In this document: positions 50,301 through 62,444 of the stretch, piece after piece
How the letters are laid out: each line of letters opens with the position of its first letter
How positions within the stretch are numbered: the first letter of the stretch is position 1
Source: Harriotta raleighana
Lineage: Eukaryota
Direction of reading: 5' to 3'
Assembly: GCA_050575255.1 (NCBI GenBank)
Contig: JBNZDD010013633.1
Location: 1,150,815-1,214,814, forward strand
DNA length: 64,000 nt
Notes under the pieces: generated by a model
Database searches by the model: none
Told to the model about the DNA's origin: nothing
Seen by the model: only the letters and a program-made list of their open reading frames with translations
Program-made: the position numbers and the translations under genes

Positions 50301-51869
50301 AGAAAGGCTCCACATTGTGTAGTAACAGACTTTCAGAAAGGTGGAAAACACATTAGCATAAGTAAAGAATAAAACTAGCAGCAGGCCAATATGCATTCCC
50401 ATTAAATATAGACTTAAGATATTAAACAAGGAGTTATTTTCTTGGTTCTGTTCATGCACAAAGTATAAAGATGTGGGACAGCTTTTTGATTTCCTTCTAT
50501 CCACTGATTGATCAATTCATCACAGACATTGATCAGTTAGTGCTCCATGTTCTCTCCCGATTCAGGCAATCCAGTCATCTCCTTGGAATTCAAAGGTCAT
50601 CTATTCAGCATAAGCATTTAAGGTGCATACACAGAACTCTACCTCCCTTAGTACACTCCACTGTAAATGGACAATATTAACTTTGTCTCTCTGCTCATGT
50701 TTGCTCTACAAATGCCATTGATATTGCACCTGGAGGTGAGGTATAATTAAAATGTTAAATCATTACTTTTCAGTTTGTTACTCTGAAGTCTAACAAACTG
50801 TATTACCAACTGTGTTAATATAATACACAATAAGATATTGTGTTGGAAATGTTTCTTTAAAAAAAGTGTGCAGCAAAGTGTGTACATGTTATAGCCTTCC
50901 AGTTGATTTATTCAAAGTAAAGAAAACCCATTCCAAAGAATTGTAAGCGGATCAGAATGTCTTTTGGTTTGTTTTGAATTAACTGTGAAATAAATATTGT
51001 AAAATTTCACTAATCCATTTCAAATCACTGTTACTAAAGAAAGGTTTGGTGCCCATTTACAACAAACACAGTGATTTTTTTCAGTGGAACTAGAAGCCAT
51101 AAAAAACACCTGTTTGGATTAAAGTGATTATTGTAATTTTGGCAAATTCTCTAGAGGTCACACTGAGCTTTACATCAGTGCCTCAGCAGCACATCTGGCC
51201 TGCACCAGATGCAATACATGGAATAGTTTTCCGTGGGAAAAGCAGGGGTCATCCATGTATAAAAGATAGCATAGATAGCATAATTAAACATGAAAAGCAC
51301 ACATAACGTGTTAAAAAGCTGCTCTAGATTTGGTTTCGCTAGTAGAGTGGGAAGACTTGGTGGAGTGGGAAGACTTGGAAAACAGTTTCGAATTCCAGTT
51401 TAAGTGACATTTGATCTTTGACATACCCCAGTGCCAAGCTTGCTGGATTGCAGCAAAGTTTCCTTATGATGGGAGTGGGAGGAGAGGGGCACATGGAAGC
51501 ATAAGGCAGAACTACCTTTTACAGACAATTCTCACCATCACACCTCAATTGAATCAGCAATGTTGACAGCCATGGAGAAGGCTACAAGGACAAAACATCA
51601 TTCCCATCTCAAAAGGGAAGAATTATTTCAGCTAATTATTCCTCTTGCTTGCCTATCACTTAGGGTACTATCACTTGATGGGGTGATGTGGGTGCAAAAT
51701 GCTCAGTTAGAACCTTGTCCAAATCATCATTTTCATAAGTAAATGGTGTTTAGCGTCCATTGGTCACTAAAAAGAGGACATATTTATTTCTTGTTTATGG
51801 TAGGAAAACTCCTTCTTAAATAGAAATCCCATTATATACAGAATAAATCAACACTTTAAACATGTAAAC

Positions 51870-52100
51870 CTGGCTCAGTGGTACCACTGTCACCTCTCTT
51901 CTGAGTCAGAAGTTTGTAGGTTCAAGACCCACATCAGGATGCAGAGCTGGGGATGTGTTGCATTGTTGGAGGTGCCAAAATTGGTCACATACTCCATGGC
52001 TGCAGGTGGGACATTTCTGTGTGCAAACAGGCTGCTGCATTTTGCCCACAAAATACAATCAAACCACTTTACAGTATATCCTGTGATGTGCTTTGATATG
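51870..52100 (+). mobile_element. DeuSINE-like head joined to a SINE 3' part (internally deleted)
   Basis: tggctcagtggta...ctgagtcagaag..ggttcaagacccac; gtgggacatttctgtgtgcaaa..ggctgctgcattttgcccacaaa. Confidence 0.6.
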
Positions 52101-52104
52101 TCCA

Positions 52105-52380
52105 TGCCCATTCATCACATCAAGGCTCGTCTATGGAAACTCCCTCCTAGTCGGCTTTCCTGGTTCTTCCCTTCACAAGCTCCAGATCATCGAGAACTCT
52201 GCAGCTCATGTCCTCTCACCATTCTCTGCGACCATATCACTCCCACCTCCCGCCCGGCTCCGTTGGCTCCCCATCCCTCAGATCCTCGTCCTCACCTTCA
52301 AGGCCATTCACGACCCTCCTCTTCGACCATGCTCTGAGACACTATCCTATATAAGTGCAAGTTGTTGTTGTTTGTTGTTG
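52105..52380 (+). mobile_element. Internally deleted L2 3' fragment
   Basis: FITSRLVYGNSLL...LHKLQIIENSAAHVLS...ILVLTFKAIH; ataagtgcaa + (GTT)n tail. Confidence 0.8.
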
Positions 52381-54979
52381 TATATCAAATAAAGGGATTA
52401 TCATTGTTAAACTGTATGAAGCATGTTTGAAGAAAGTAAGCATGCAATGCCAATTACATGGGAGAGCAGATAAGGTCAGACTACTCAGGAATAGCAACAT
52501 TCATTCAGCAAAACAAGAACTTAATGTTGCACATGTGCCATTTCAACAGTAAAATGCTGACTCCCGTCACTGTTCCCAATATTTAGACAACTAAATATTG
52601 TACAGTATTTAAAGGGCTAAAAATATAATCCTACTTTGGACACAAAAGGTTACAAAATGCACACAGCCCCATCCAAAAACGAAACAAAATGAGACTAGCT
52701 TTGTCTGGATTTAGATCCTGGAAATAGTGTGTTAAGCTTGTGCTGAGTTCCAGGTTATTGGGTCACATATTTTCTCATGGTGAGTGACGCTATACAGTAT
52801 TTCTTCAAGATTTGTGACAACTCCATTTTTTGGAACTGAGAGGATAAAGGAAAAAAATCTGATTACTTCCTAAAGTAAAGCTAAAACTTGTATCTTGTTT
52901 AGGCAAAGTGGAATTTCATTTGGTGCCAGGATTATCTATTGAAAAGGGTAAAAATAAACTGTTCTAAAGGCAGATTATTATGGAAATATACAAACCATCT
53001 TGTGCTGAAAGCATTAAAGATAACTTTCTTATTCTTCAAATACATATGGGAGGATTAACATGATTTATAAAGCATCATCCAAGAATATACTGTTTAAAAC
53101 ACAGTACAGTAATGTATTTGGCAGATATTATGTAGCATCATGGGTCGTTGCATCTGAACGAGTTATCCAATGGAGAACAGACACATTTCCATATTTTGTC
53201 TGGGAATGAAATTAAAAATCTATGGTATGTAAAATGGAACATTTTATAATAAATCTGATGTAGTTAAGGAAATGATCCAGTATGTACAATGTGACTAGTG
53301 ACTGACCAATAATTTTAGCCAGTTTCAATGTACATCATTCGGCTCGTGGGCTGTTGCGTCCATGTTCACTGTGACCAGACTTTACTAAAAATGGTGATAT
53401 TCCCAAGCATCTGGAATGTTTTAAGTCACTGCACCATGTCTTTCAAATTTATGTTTATTTTCCAATAACCTTCATCTGGAGATAATACACATAGATAGAG
53501 AGTTCTGGAGTTCATCATTGTCAGACTCCATCCATTAATACCTTGGAAAATGTGGAACTGAATATACAATTCGATTTGCATTACAACATGGGTGATGCTT
53601 ACTAATCTAGTAAAGAAAACAAATACAAGTTATGGCACAAATGAATATTCACACTCGTGAAACTAACCCAGTGTGAGACCCGTAATTTTTGAACCTCTAT
53701 TTCTACAGATTCTGGACAAAATAATTTCCCATTGAGGTGGGGGCGAGCGGAGAACAAGTACATTATGTGTAGCCAAAATGGCTCTTACTTTATGGTGTCT
53801 TAAATAATTGCCAATGCCCGGAGTTTTTTCATGACAATTTCATTTCATGCTAGTTGTTGAAACAGCATATTAGATATTGTACGAAGCATTTAAAGAAGAA
53901 CAAAGAAATGCCTGAAGCCCTCACCAATCTTTGTTACAGGGTTGCAGAAATGTATTGTGGTACCTTCAAATTTGTTTGGTTTAAAGCACATAATTGCATA
54001 TATTTACCAAATGACAAGTTACCAAACAGACTCATTGACAGGACACAGAGTAGACAAAAGCCACGTGAACGTTTCCTCAGCTGTGTAAAATTATCTGCGT
54101 GAGAAAATGAGTGGGGGGCTGACAGGGAAGAGGAGGAATACTTGGAAGGCTATGGTCATTGCTTCTGATCTGCCTCGGGGGCAAACAATGCAGGAAGTAG
54201 CCTTTCAACTGTGAAAACTGCTGCTTAGACTAATGAGAAAATGAGCATTCTGGGTTCAACCAGAATGTTTTACAAAGTTCTACTGGTTTGACTTTTGACT
54301 TACAAAATGTTTAATCGCATAACCAATTCCAACAATCTGCTGAAAATCAGAATGAGACTTACCTGAAACCTCACCAAACTATTTTAAGTTAAAGAGAGAT
54401 TTTTGCTCTATATAAGAAATACTAATATAAGATATGCATGATTTTCTGTTCAGATTAGGATAACGTTTCTTGTGGATTGTGATGTGGTGACCTTTTTCAG
54501 AAAAACTGCTTCTGTGAGTTTTCAGCAGCTAGAACTGGACTCTCTGAGCACATGAGTCGTTTGGCATATATCTGCCTACTGGCTAATAAATAAATAGAAT
54601 GAGTAATGTGAAAAAAATGATAATGTACATTGAAAGATTCAGAGCAGAAATTTTTGGTTTAGCGTCATGCTATTGTTTGAATGATCAATACACCTGAATT
54701 ATCACCTAAAGTATCTAAATGTTTAGTTGTCGGAATCTTAGTTAAGAGAAATCCCTTAAAGACAGATATATAGAACAAATTTACATTTGTGTTGTGCCTT
54801 TCACGTTGGGAGGACATCTCAAGGCGCTTGTATAAAATGGAAAGAGTTTGGATGTTTTATATGCACCCAAATTCATTACCAGTGTAATAGTTCAGCAAGA
54901 ATTGAATTCTGTAAAACGTTTGAGGTAATAAATACACTTGCACTAATTGCATCATCAGGGACAGAGTGACAAAACACCT

Positions 54980-56060
54980 GGAGAGGTATGATCTTGGGGA
55001 AGAGTGTCATTAGGCTTATGAAGGTTAGGTCGTGTCTGTCTAATCTAGTTGAATTTTTTGAGGAAGTGACTAAAATGATCGCTAAGCGAGTGTCTATGGA
55101 TGTCATTTACATGGACTTCCAGAAGCCATTTGATAAGGTTCCACACAAAAGATTATCCGCAAAAATAGAAGTGCATGGAATTGGAGGTAACCTTGTGACT
55201 TAGTAATTGATTGGGAGGCAGGAAATAGAGAGCAAGGATGAAGGGAATGATCTATGATTGGCGTGATGTGACAAGTGGTGTACCCCAGGGGTATGTACTG
55301 GGACCTCAGCTATTTGCCATATACAGTATATAAATAACTAGGAAGAAGGAATAGAATGTTTTATATCAAAATTTCCAGGAGACATGCAGATCGGAGGCTC
55401 AGTAATTAATGTAGATGGGAGTAAGAAGTTCCAAAGGGATTTAGACAGATTAATCAATCAATCGATTAATCAATAATCAAAAAGGTAAATGGAATGGTAG
55501 CCTTTATCTTGAGGCGCCTGGAATACAAAGGGGGAAGAAATGATGCTTCAGTTGTAAAGAGCGTTAGTCAGACCCCATTTGGATTATTGCATTCAGTTTT
55601 GGGCACCACACCTCAGGAAAGATATAATGGCCCTGGAGGGGGTGCAGCGCAGGTTCATCAGAATGTTAACAGGTCTAAAAGGATTAAGTTACAAGGAACT
55701 GCATAAACTTGGATTGTGTTCGCTTGAGTTTAGAAGATTGAGGGTGATTTGATCGAGGTTTTTAGGATGATAAAGGGATTTGATAGGGTAAATACAAATA
55801 AACTATTTCCCCTGGTGGGGGACTGCAAAACAAGGGAGCAGAGTCTCAAAATTAGAACCAGGCCATTTAAGAGTGAAATCAGGAAGCATTTTTGCACTTA
55901 AAGGGTGGTATAAATATGGAATTCTCTATCTCAAAAAAATTCTGAATGCTGGATCCATCCACACTTTCAAGAGAGAGGTTGATAAGCGATATGGGAAGAA
56001 AGCGGTAAATTGTAATTAAAAGTATCAGTAGAGATACAGATCGGCCATGATCTAATTAAA
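54980..56060 (+). mobile_element. CR1 LINE fragment (RT to 3' UTR) with internal deletion
   Basis: [74 protein letters not shown]. Confidence 0.92.
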
Positions 56061-56149
56061 TAGTTATCTAAAATTGAAAAAATTAGGCCAAGAAGAACAT
56101 GACTCCTAAAAACCTATACCAGAAAATAAGTAGATTTGATTCCCAAACC

Positions 56150-56440
56150 CACTCCTCCCATTCTCACCAGGCCTTACTGGCTCCCAGTACCCAGTCGATG
56201 AAGTTTAAATTCCATCATAGCTCTCACCCCTATCTATGCCATTTCCTCTAACTATGCTTTCCAACCAGTACCCTAGCTAATCAGATTCTGGATTATTGCT
56301 TGCTCTTTTCACCCACCATCTCACCATTGCAGACCAAACCTTTCACCAATCAGCCTCTACCTTCCAGAACTCTTCCAAAAATGTTTTGCATACCCTCTCA
56401 CTACCTTCAAATGTCTCTTCTCAATAATGCTTTTGGTGAA
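56150..56440 (+). mobile_element. Highly decayed L2 3' fragment
   Basis: tactggctcccagt (HWLP-like), cagattctggattattg, caccattgcagacc, accttcaaa. Confidence 0.45.
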
Positions 56441-57171
56441 GATCCATAACTCTTCCTTCTCATTGCTTCATATCATTACTACGCTTTGAGTCATTGATGT
56501 TGCTTGAAGACCGAAGAGTTAGGTTTTATATATCCATGGTGTTATTGTTGAATGAGGAAACTTTTCTGGTTTGCAATGTTGTTCAGATGACTGGAAGTTT
56601 GCATATTTATAATGGCTTCCATAAGAAACCCAAGCCTTCCAGCTGAAGTTCCTGTTGCTCCTTTGCTTTGGACAAAGTGTGTATGAACAAACATCTTCAT
56701 CAGATTGTTTATAATCCACAGATGTTTTTTTTACATAAGAAGTTAAGTTGTCTGTTCCCAGGGATTTGAGTTGGAAGGCAAGACATTTGGGATTCATCCT
56801 TTCCTATTATCTGAGCTGAATCCAATTTGATCACTTAGGAACATAGGAGAACAAGACAAGGCCCTTCATTCCATTAAACATGTTCCACCAATTTATTAGA
56901 TCTTGGCAGATCGTTTAATCCCAATACTCACCCTTTTGCAATACTTAATAATATTTTAATACCACTTGTTAGAAAGTAATTGTGGTTGAATGAAACCATA
57001 AGGAAAATGTTTTTTTGAGACAACAGTTGTGAGAAGATGTTCCAAAATGCATAAAAAGGAGTTGTTTGGAAATGTCAATCCAATCCATATGGATTGGCTA
57101 GTGAGTCTGCAGCTGCTACTCACAAACAGGAACAATGTGTTTTATGTACAAATTGATTATTGCATTTATAT

Positions 57172-57340
57172 ACAACAATAACTTGCATTTATATAGCGCC
57201 CTTCATGTAGAATAATGTCTTGGAGCATTACACAGTGACAGGGTTGGAAATTGAACAAGGGAGGGGTAGGTGACTGTATGCACAGTTGAAGAGGTAGTTT
57301 TCCAGGTGGGATTTAAAGATGGTGTGGAAGGGGGTCAGAG
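57172..57340 (-). mobile_element. L2 3' end
   Basis: acaacaataacttgcatttatatagcgccc...cagttgaagaggtagttttccagg; similar to 731-900. Confidence 0.7.
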
Positions 57341-57624
57341 GGATCAAACTGAAACAAAGTAATGAGCTGAGGATTGATATGGTCAATATTCATTGGTCAG
57401 ATTTATCTAACAATTTACAAGCCAGGTTTAAATTTTAGTACGATTTGCTGGATAAGTATTGCATTTGCTAATACTTCATATACAAACTTATCCCATTGTT
57501 GAGACATCTCAAAGCCTCTCACTGGATATACTGTAATGTGATATGAAGGTGTGTATTTTTTCTACAAACTAAGCCAAAATATTGTAAATGGGAATAGGAA
57601 TTCATGTAAGGAAGCTGTTGTAAT

Positions 57625-58140
57625 AATCATCATTACATTTGGTGTAATGTCTTATTACATTGCAAAGACATCTCAAAGTGTTTCACAGAATTTATTTCTG
57701 TTGCTGTTTTGTAGTGACTCTGTGTCAGTAGGCAAATACAGCAGTCGATTTGCACATAGCAAACAACCATGAAGTGAATAATACAATACAAAATTACATT
57801 TGTAAATCACTTTTCATGTCAGGAGGGTGTCCGAATGTACTGAATTTATTCAGGGGCCTTAGAACTCTGTGCAATAAAATCAATGTTTATCTGGAGGTTT
57901 GATAGCCAGGACTCCAGTAGAACTTGCAATCCCCTTCTGAGTACAGTAGAGCCTTGAGATCTTTAATGTCCACTGAACAGCAAATAGGACCTCAGTTTAA
58001 CATCTCATCCAAAAGACAGCATCTCTGACAATTCAGCATTCCCTCAGTTTTGGTCTAGACAATGAGCTCAGAGTTGAGATGTGTGGCTTGCACCCAAAAT
58101 CTTTTAGCTCAGTGCCAAGAGTGCTACCAACTGAGCCCGG
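57625..58140 (-). mobile_element. DeuSINE-like SINE with a nested short L2 tail (about 57780-57845)
   Basis: gatctttaatgtccactgaacag...cctcagtttaacatctcatccaaaagacagcatctctgaca..gcattccctcag...gtgctaccaactgagcc. Confidence 0.75.
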
Positions 58141-58194
58141 CTGATTCACACCTGTAGCTGGAAAAGAATGAGTTCAGGTTCAGTGGGAGGCTTA

Positions 58195-58523
58195 TAATAA
58201 TAATAATAATAATAATCCTTGCATTTGATATAGCGCTTTTCACATCTTCTAGACATCTCAAAGTGCTTCACAGAATATACTGTAAAGAGAACTGACTGTA
58301 TATTTGTGGGTGAACCACGGCAGCCAATTGCGCACAGCAATGTCCCCACACACATTTGTGGATTGAAATGACCAATTTATTCTAGGTTCTTTTTTGGAGG
58401 GGTTATTATAAGGCTTGTGGAGTAAGGAAACTTACCCAAGGATTCACCCTGACCTGCCTGGATTCGAAACACAGGTCTCACACTTGTAAGGCAAGTGCTC
58501 TAACCACTGAGCTACAGGAATCC
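58195..58523 (-). mobile_element. Full-length, well-preserved SINE-A
   Basis: (TAA)n, ccttgcatttgatatagcgcttttcacatcttctagac..., B-box ggattcgaa, A-box ccactgagcta. Confidence 0.9.
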
Positions 58524-58888
58524 GACAAATCTTAACATGTTCACTGTAGGCTTCTAATTTAATTTGTCAATGTACAGTACCAACCTTTAAAAATTGAAAA
58601 AATCAATGGTGGTTTTCAGATTTAGATTGATCTGAGCTCTTCAAGTGCTCTGGGGAAATTGTTAAAATCAGACTGTAAGAAGTTTGCAGATTCCGCCTTT
58701 ATTCCAAAGAATTGGAATTGTTACTACCTGCACAGGAAGTGCTGCTGTTTTTTTTGTGAAAGAAGTGAAGTCCGTGGCATTTCCTGCGCATAGTGCAAAA
58801 TAGACCATTTCCCCGCCCCCGTACGATATAACAACAACTTGCATTTATACAGCCCCCTTCAACCAGAGGGTGTCCAACAGCAACAACT

Positions 58889-59143
58889 TGGGTTCAATTC
58901 CAGGCAGGGCGTAACCTTGGACAAGTTTCCTTACTCTAGACCCTGATAATAATATCTAAGAAAACATAAGAAATTGTTTATTTCAATCCACGACTGTTTG
59001 TGGGACACTGCTGAGTGAAATTGGCTGCTGTATTTTGCCCACAAATTTATAGTCAATTCACTTTGCAGCATATTCTGTGAAGCGCTTTGAGACGTCTAGA
59101 AGATGTGAAAAACCCTTATCAAATGCGATGATGATTATTATTA
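58889..59143 (+). mobile_element. SINE-A starting at the B-box
   Basis: gggttcaattccaggcagggc..ccttggacaagtttccttactc...gtgaagcgctttgagacgtctagaagatgtgaaaa...gattattatta. Confidence 0.85.
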
Positions 59144-60142
59144 CGCAGTTGGCTAGATACCATATGTGCACATTCACTTCTCTTACACCCATACATTTTG
59201 GTGCGACACTGGTTATAAATGAAACATGTAGCTCAAAAGCAACGTTTGTGTGACACTCTTATTGAAGCACAAGAATCATGCAACAAAAGAGCTCTTCTTT
59301 GATATACACTATGTGAGTTTGTGTGGCACTGGTATGTTTTGGCAAAAAAATTATATTTGTCGAGAGACTGGACACATTAGACATTTTCCCAGATGACTTA
59401 ATGTGTGCTTTAAGTAGTGAAGTTGGTGGTAAATAATGTACAGCAGGGTTTATTTAGTTGACCGTGGCTGTGGAACTTCCCTGATATAGGACACCAAAAA
59501 TGGGGGAGGACTGTGGGAGAAAAATGTAGCTCTGTTGCCAAGGACAATCATTTAGGACATTCACTGTAAAATCGCGATTACAACTTCCACCCACTTGTAT
59601 TTTCCCTCAGATGAACATGATGTTCTACATAACATCACTGTCTGGGGGTTTGCTGCTATAAAAGATTTTTTCCTTTGAGTGTGGGTGTTTGAAAACGTTA
59701 ACAGTTACGAATATCAGTGGCAGGAGATAGAAACCAAAAGAACTTAGGAACTAGCAGGCACTTAGTTGGAAACTAGGAAACTTATGAATGGTGGGGAATA
59801 TCTGGAATAGTCATACTTGTGATAAAAGTTCTTTTGTGCAGTGCATTTCATAGAAGTCTGTCTGGAATGGAGTAGGTGGAATAGAAAGTCCATTTATTTC
59901 GATCAACTTCACAAAATAACTAAATAGCTATTAATGTGGATCAATGAGGTTAATTTGCGACATTCTGTGACAGATTTGAAGTGGGATGATTATTATTACA
60001 TTGAGACCATTATGAAATGTCGCAGTTATCTCCAACGATTTACATTTTAAGCTTTGTAGCAACTTGAACTGTATAGTCAGGCCAGCACTTTCTCCCAAGT
60101 ATTTAAATGTCTTTTGCAGTTGGATGTTTTATTCTGTGAAAT

Positions 60143-60560
60143 AACAATCACAAAACTACACTTGTATAGTGCCTTTCACGTCAGGAAGATGTCATGAGGC
60201 ACTGGACAATCATTGTTTCAGACCCAAGCTGAGGACAGGGAGGGTGGAGGGAAAGGGAGGGATTTGGAGTGGCCAATGTAAGTTGTCGAAGAGGAGAATC
60301 TTGAGGTGGGACTTGAAAGAGGCTAAGGAGGGGAAGAGATGGAAGGACTGCAAGATGGAGTTCTGGAGGTTGGGGGCAGAGTGGCTGAAGAATCTCCCGC
60401 CAGTGGTGGTGCGGATGGGTCAGGGACATGGAGCAAGCCAAGCCTACTGAGAGGAGGGAGCACGCGGCTTTGCGGGGGGTTAGGAGGTCACGGATGTAGG
60501 GTGGGGCGAGGCCATGAAGGGTTTCAAATGTGAGGACCAGGATCTTGAATTGGGTCCTCT
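60143..60560 (-). mobile_element. L2 3' portion
   Basis: cacttgtatagtgcctttcacgtcagga tail; gtcgaagaggagaatcttgag; aatgtgaggaccaggatcttgaattg (QFKILVLTF, reverse strand). Confidence 0.8.
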
Positions 60561-62444
60561 ACAACAGACTGTGATGAAGAAGTTGGAAAATCATTCTCCC
60601 TTTGGCATTTAGTCGTGTGGTTCCAGTTCAGAAAAGCTGATGTTGTAAATTATCCGTCTGACTATTTTGAGGTAACTTTATGGACCCACTTGATAGTAAT
60701 CTTCCTCCATTCAAAAATTTTGTCTTTGCCATAGACTTAAAAGTGCAACTTTATATTAAATAAAACCTGAAATTGTGCTCAGTCCGTTTAGAAAAAATTG
60801 CTAACTGGTATAAAATTGAGCCAAAAAGTCCCAACATTGATTCCTGGTCAGGGTGGAATTAGTTGATATCAGTCTGATATCAGGCGGAAATTAGCTTCCC
60901 AAGTGCCATTGGGAACAGTGAAAAAAATATCACTATGATTGCTGCCCAGAAATTCTGCCTATAAATTCAGCCTGAAAGACTGTTTCATCTTAAAACTTAT
61001 GAAGGTACAGAATTGTGGAAAATTCTTGAAGTCGATCTTCATTTAGAACCTATTTTCTTTCAAAAATATAGGAGGCAGTTTCCAAGTTAAGACCGAATAG
61101 AAAAACTATCCACAATTCTATGGTACCTTATATTTTTAAGCAAAACAGTTTGATTTTTCAAAACTGCCTTAAATTCGGACTGAATTTTGAAGTATTCCAT
61201 AATTGTATTCTCTTGACTCTAATCACAATGTGCACAAATAAGCAAGCAGATTTTAATGCACTTGAGTGGCCAGTTTCGCAATAGAATGGCCTTCTCTAGC
61301 AATGCCAATTTTGGCTTATTACTCACCATAGTTTGGTGACAAAGCAAAAATTTACAAACAATGAACGATACGCGTATCACCCAAGCACGATCTTTAATCT
61401 AAAGTATTTAGGAAGAAATGGTTTGCCTTTTATAGCACCTCACCTCTCTACCATAGTGCTTCACAGGTAATTACTGTCACATGCTGTAACAATTTTACCA
61501 AACTCAGCAGCCATTTGCGTCAATAAATCCCCATGAAGACCCATGAGTGACTGATCAATCTGGAGACTTATTGTCCAACAATCTGAGTTCAATAGTAATT
61601 GATACTCAATAGTAATAGTGTGCTATTTTACAAAGTGTGTAATTTCAGATTTTACTACTCTCTTCCCCACCATTTTATGTCACAGAGGATGTATCCTTTA
61701 AGTGAGTAAAATAAACAACTACAAGTGACAAACAGTAAATAGTCTATCCATACAGTACAATTTGTTGTGTTAAAGACAAAGTTGTTTTCTCTTATTCTGA
61801 GTGGCCCTGGGATTGCTCCAGTTCTGCTCTCTGATACGCTGCATTTTGTCCGGTTGAGCTAGAGTCACTGAACTGATGTGGCACTGCGTTAATACATTTT
61901 ACAATTATGGAATACTACTAGATACATATGGGCAAAATATAGTTTATTATGCAATTTAATCCAAGTAGAATTAAACAAAACAACAGTAGGGGTGACCACT
62001 AATTTCTTTAAAATTATTTTCACACATTGCAACAGCTGAAATGAAATAAATCCAGAGGAATTTGCACATGCCAATTTCTGAATAAAGATTCATTTTCTTT
62101 CTCATCGTCTTTTTGGAATTATTTAACAAGTTTATTTATTTTCTTCCCTTCCCCCATTCATAACAGAGCCTGTTCCCATTCTCAGCACATGGGATTTTTA
62201 ATTATAGTCTACGCAGTGTTCTGGTGATTCACCTTGTGAGCTGGGAGAAAGCATCTACTCTCCAACTACTTTGTATGATCAAAAGATCACATTGGAAGAA
62301 GAAAGTTCTTCAGCTCATCCATTGTCTGCTGTCCTAATGGACAACTTCAGTAGTTTAAACACTTGATTTGCTAATTATCAACTTGTCAATTATATCCAAC
62401 TGTTGATGGCTTGAATATGTGGTTGCAAGTTGTTTAAGGAGAGA

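Noticed and set aside
51345-51378. Short direct duplications (also 34399-34427, 63526-63571)
   Set aside because: Two-copy slippage duplications of 13-23 bp; common and uninformative.
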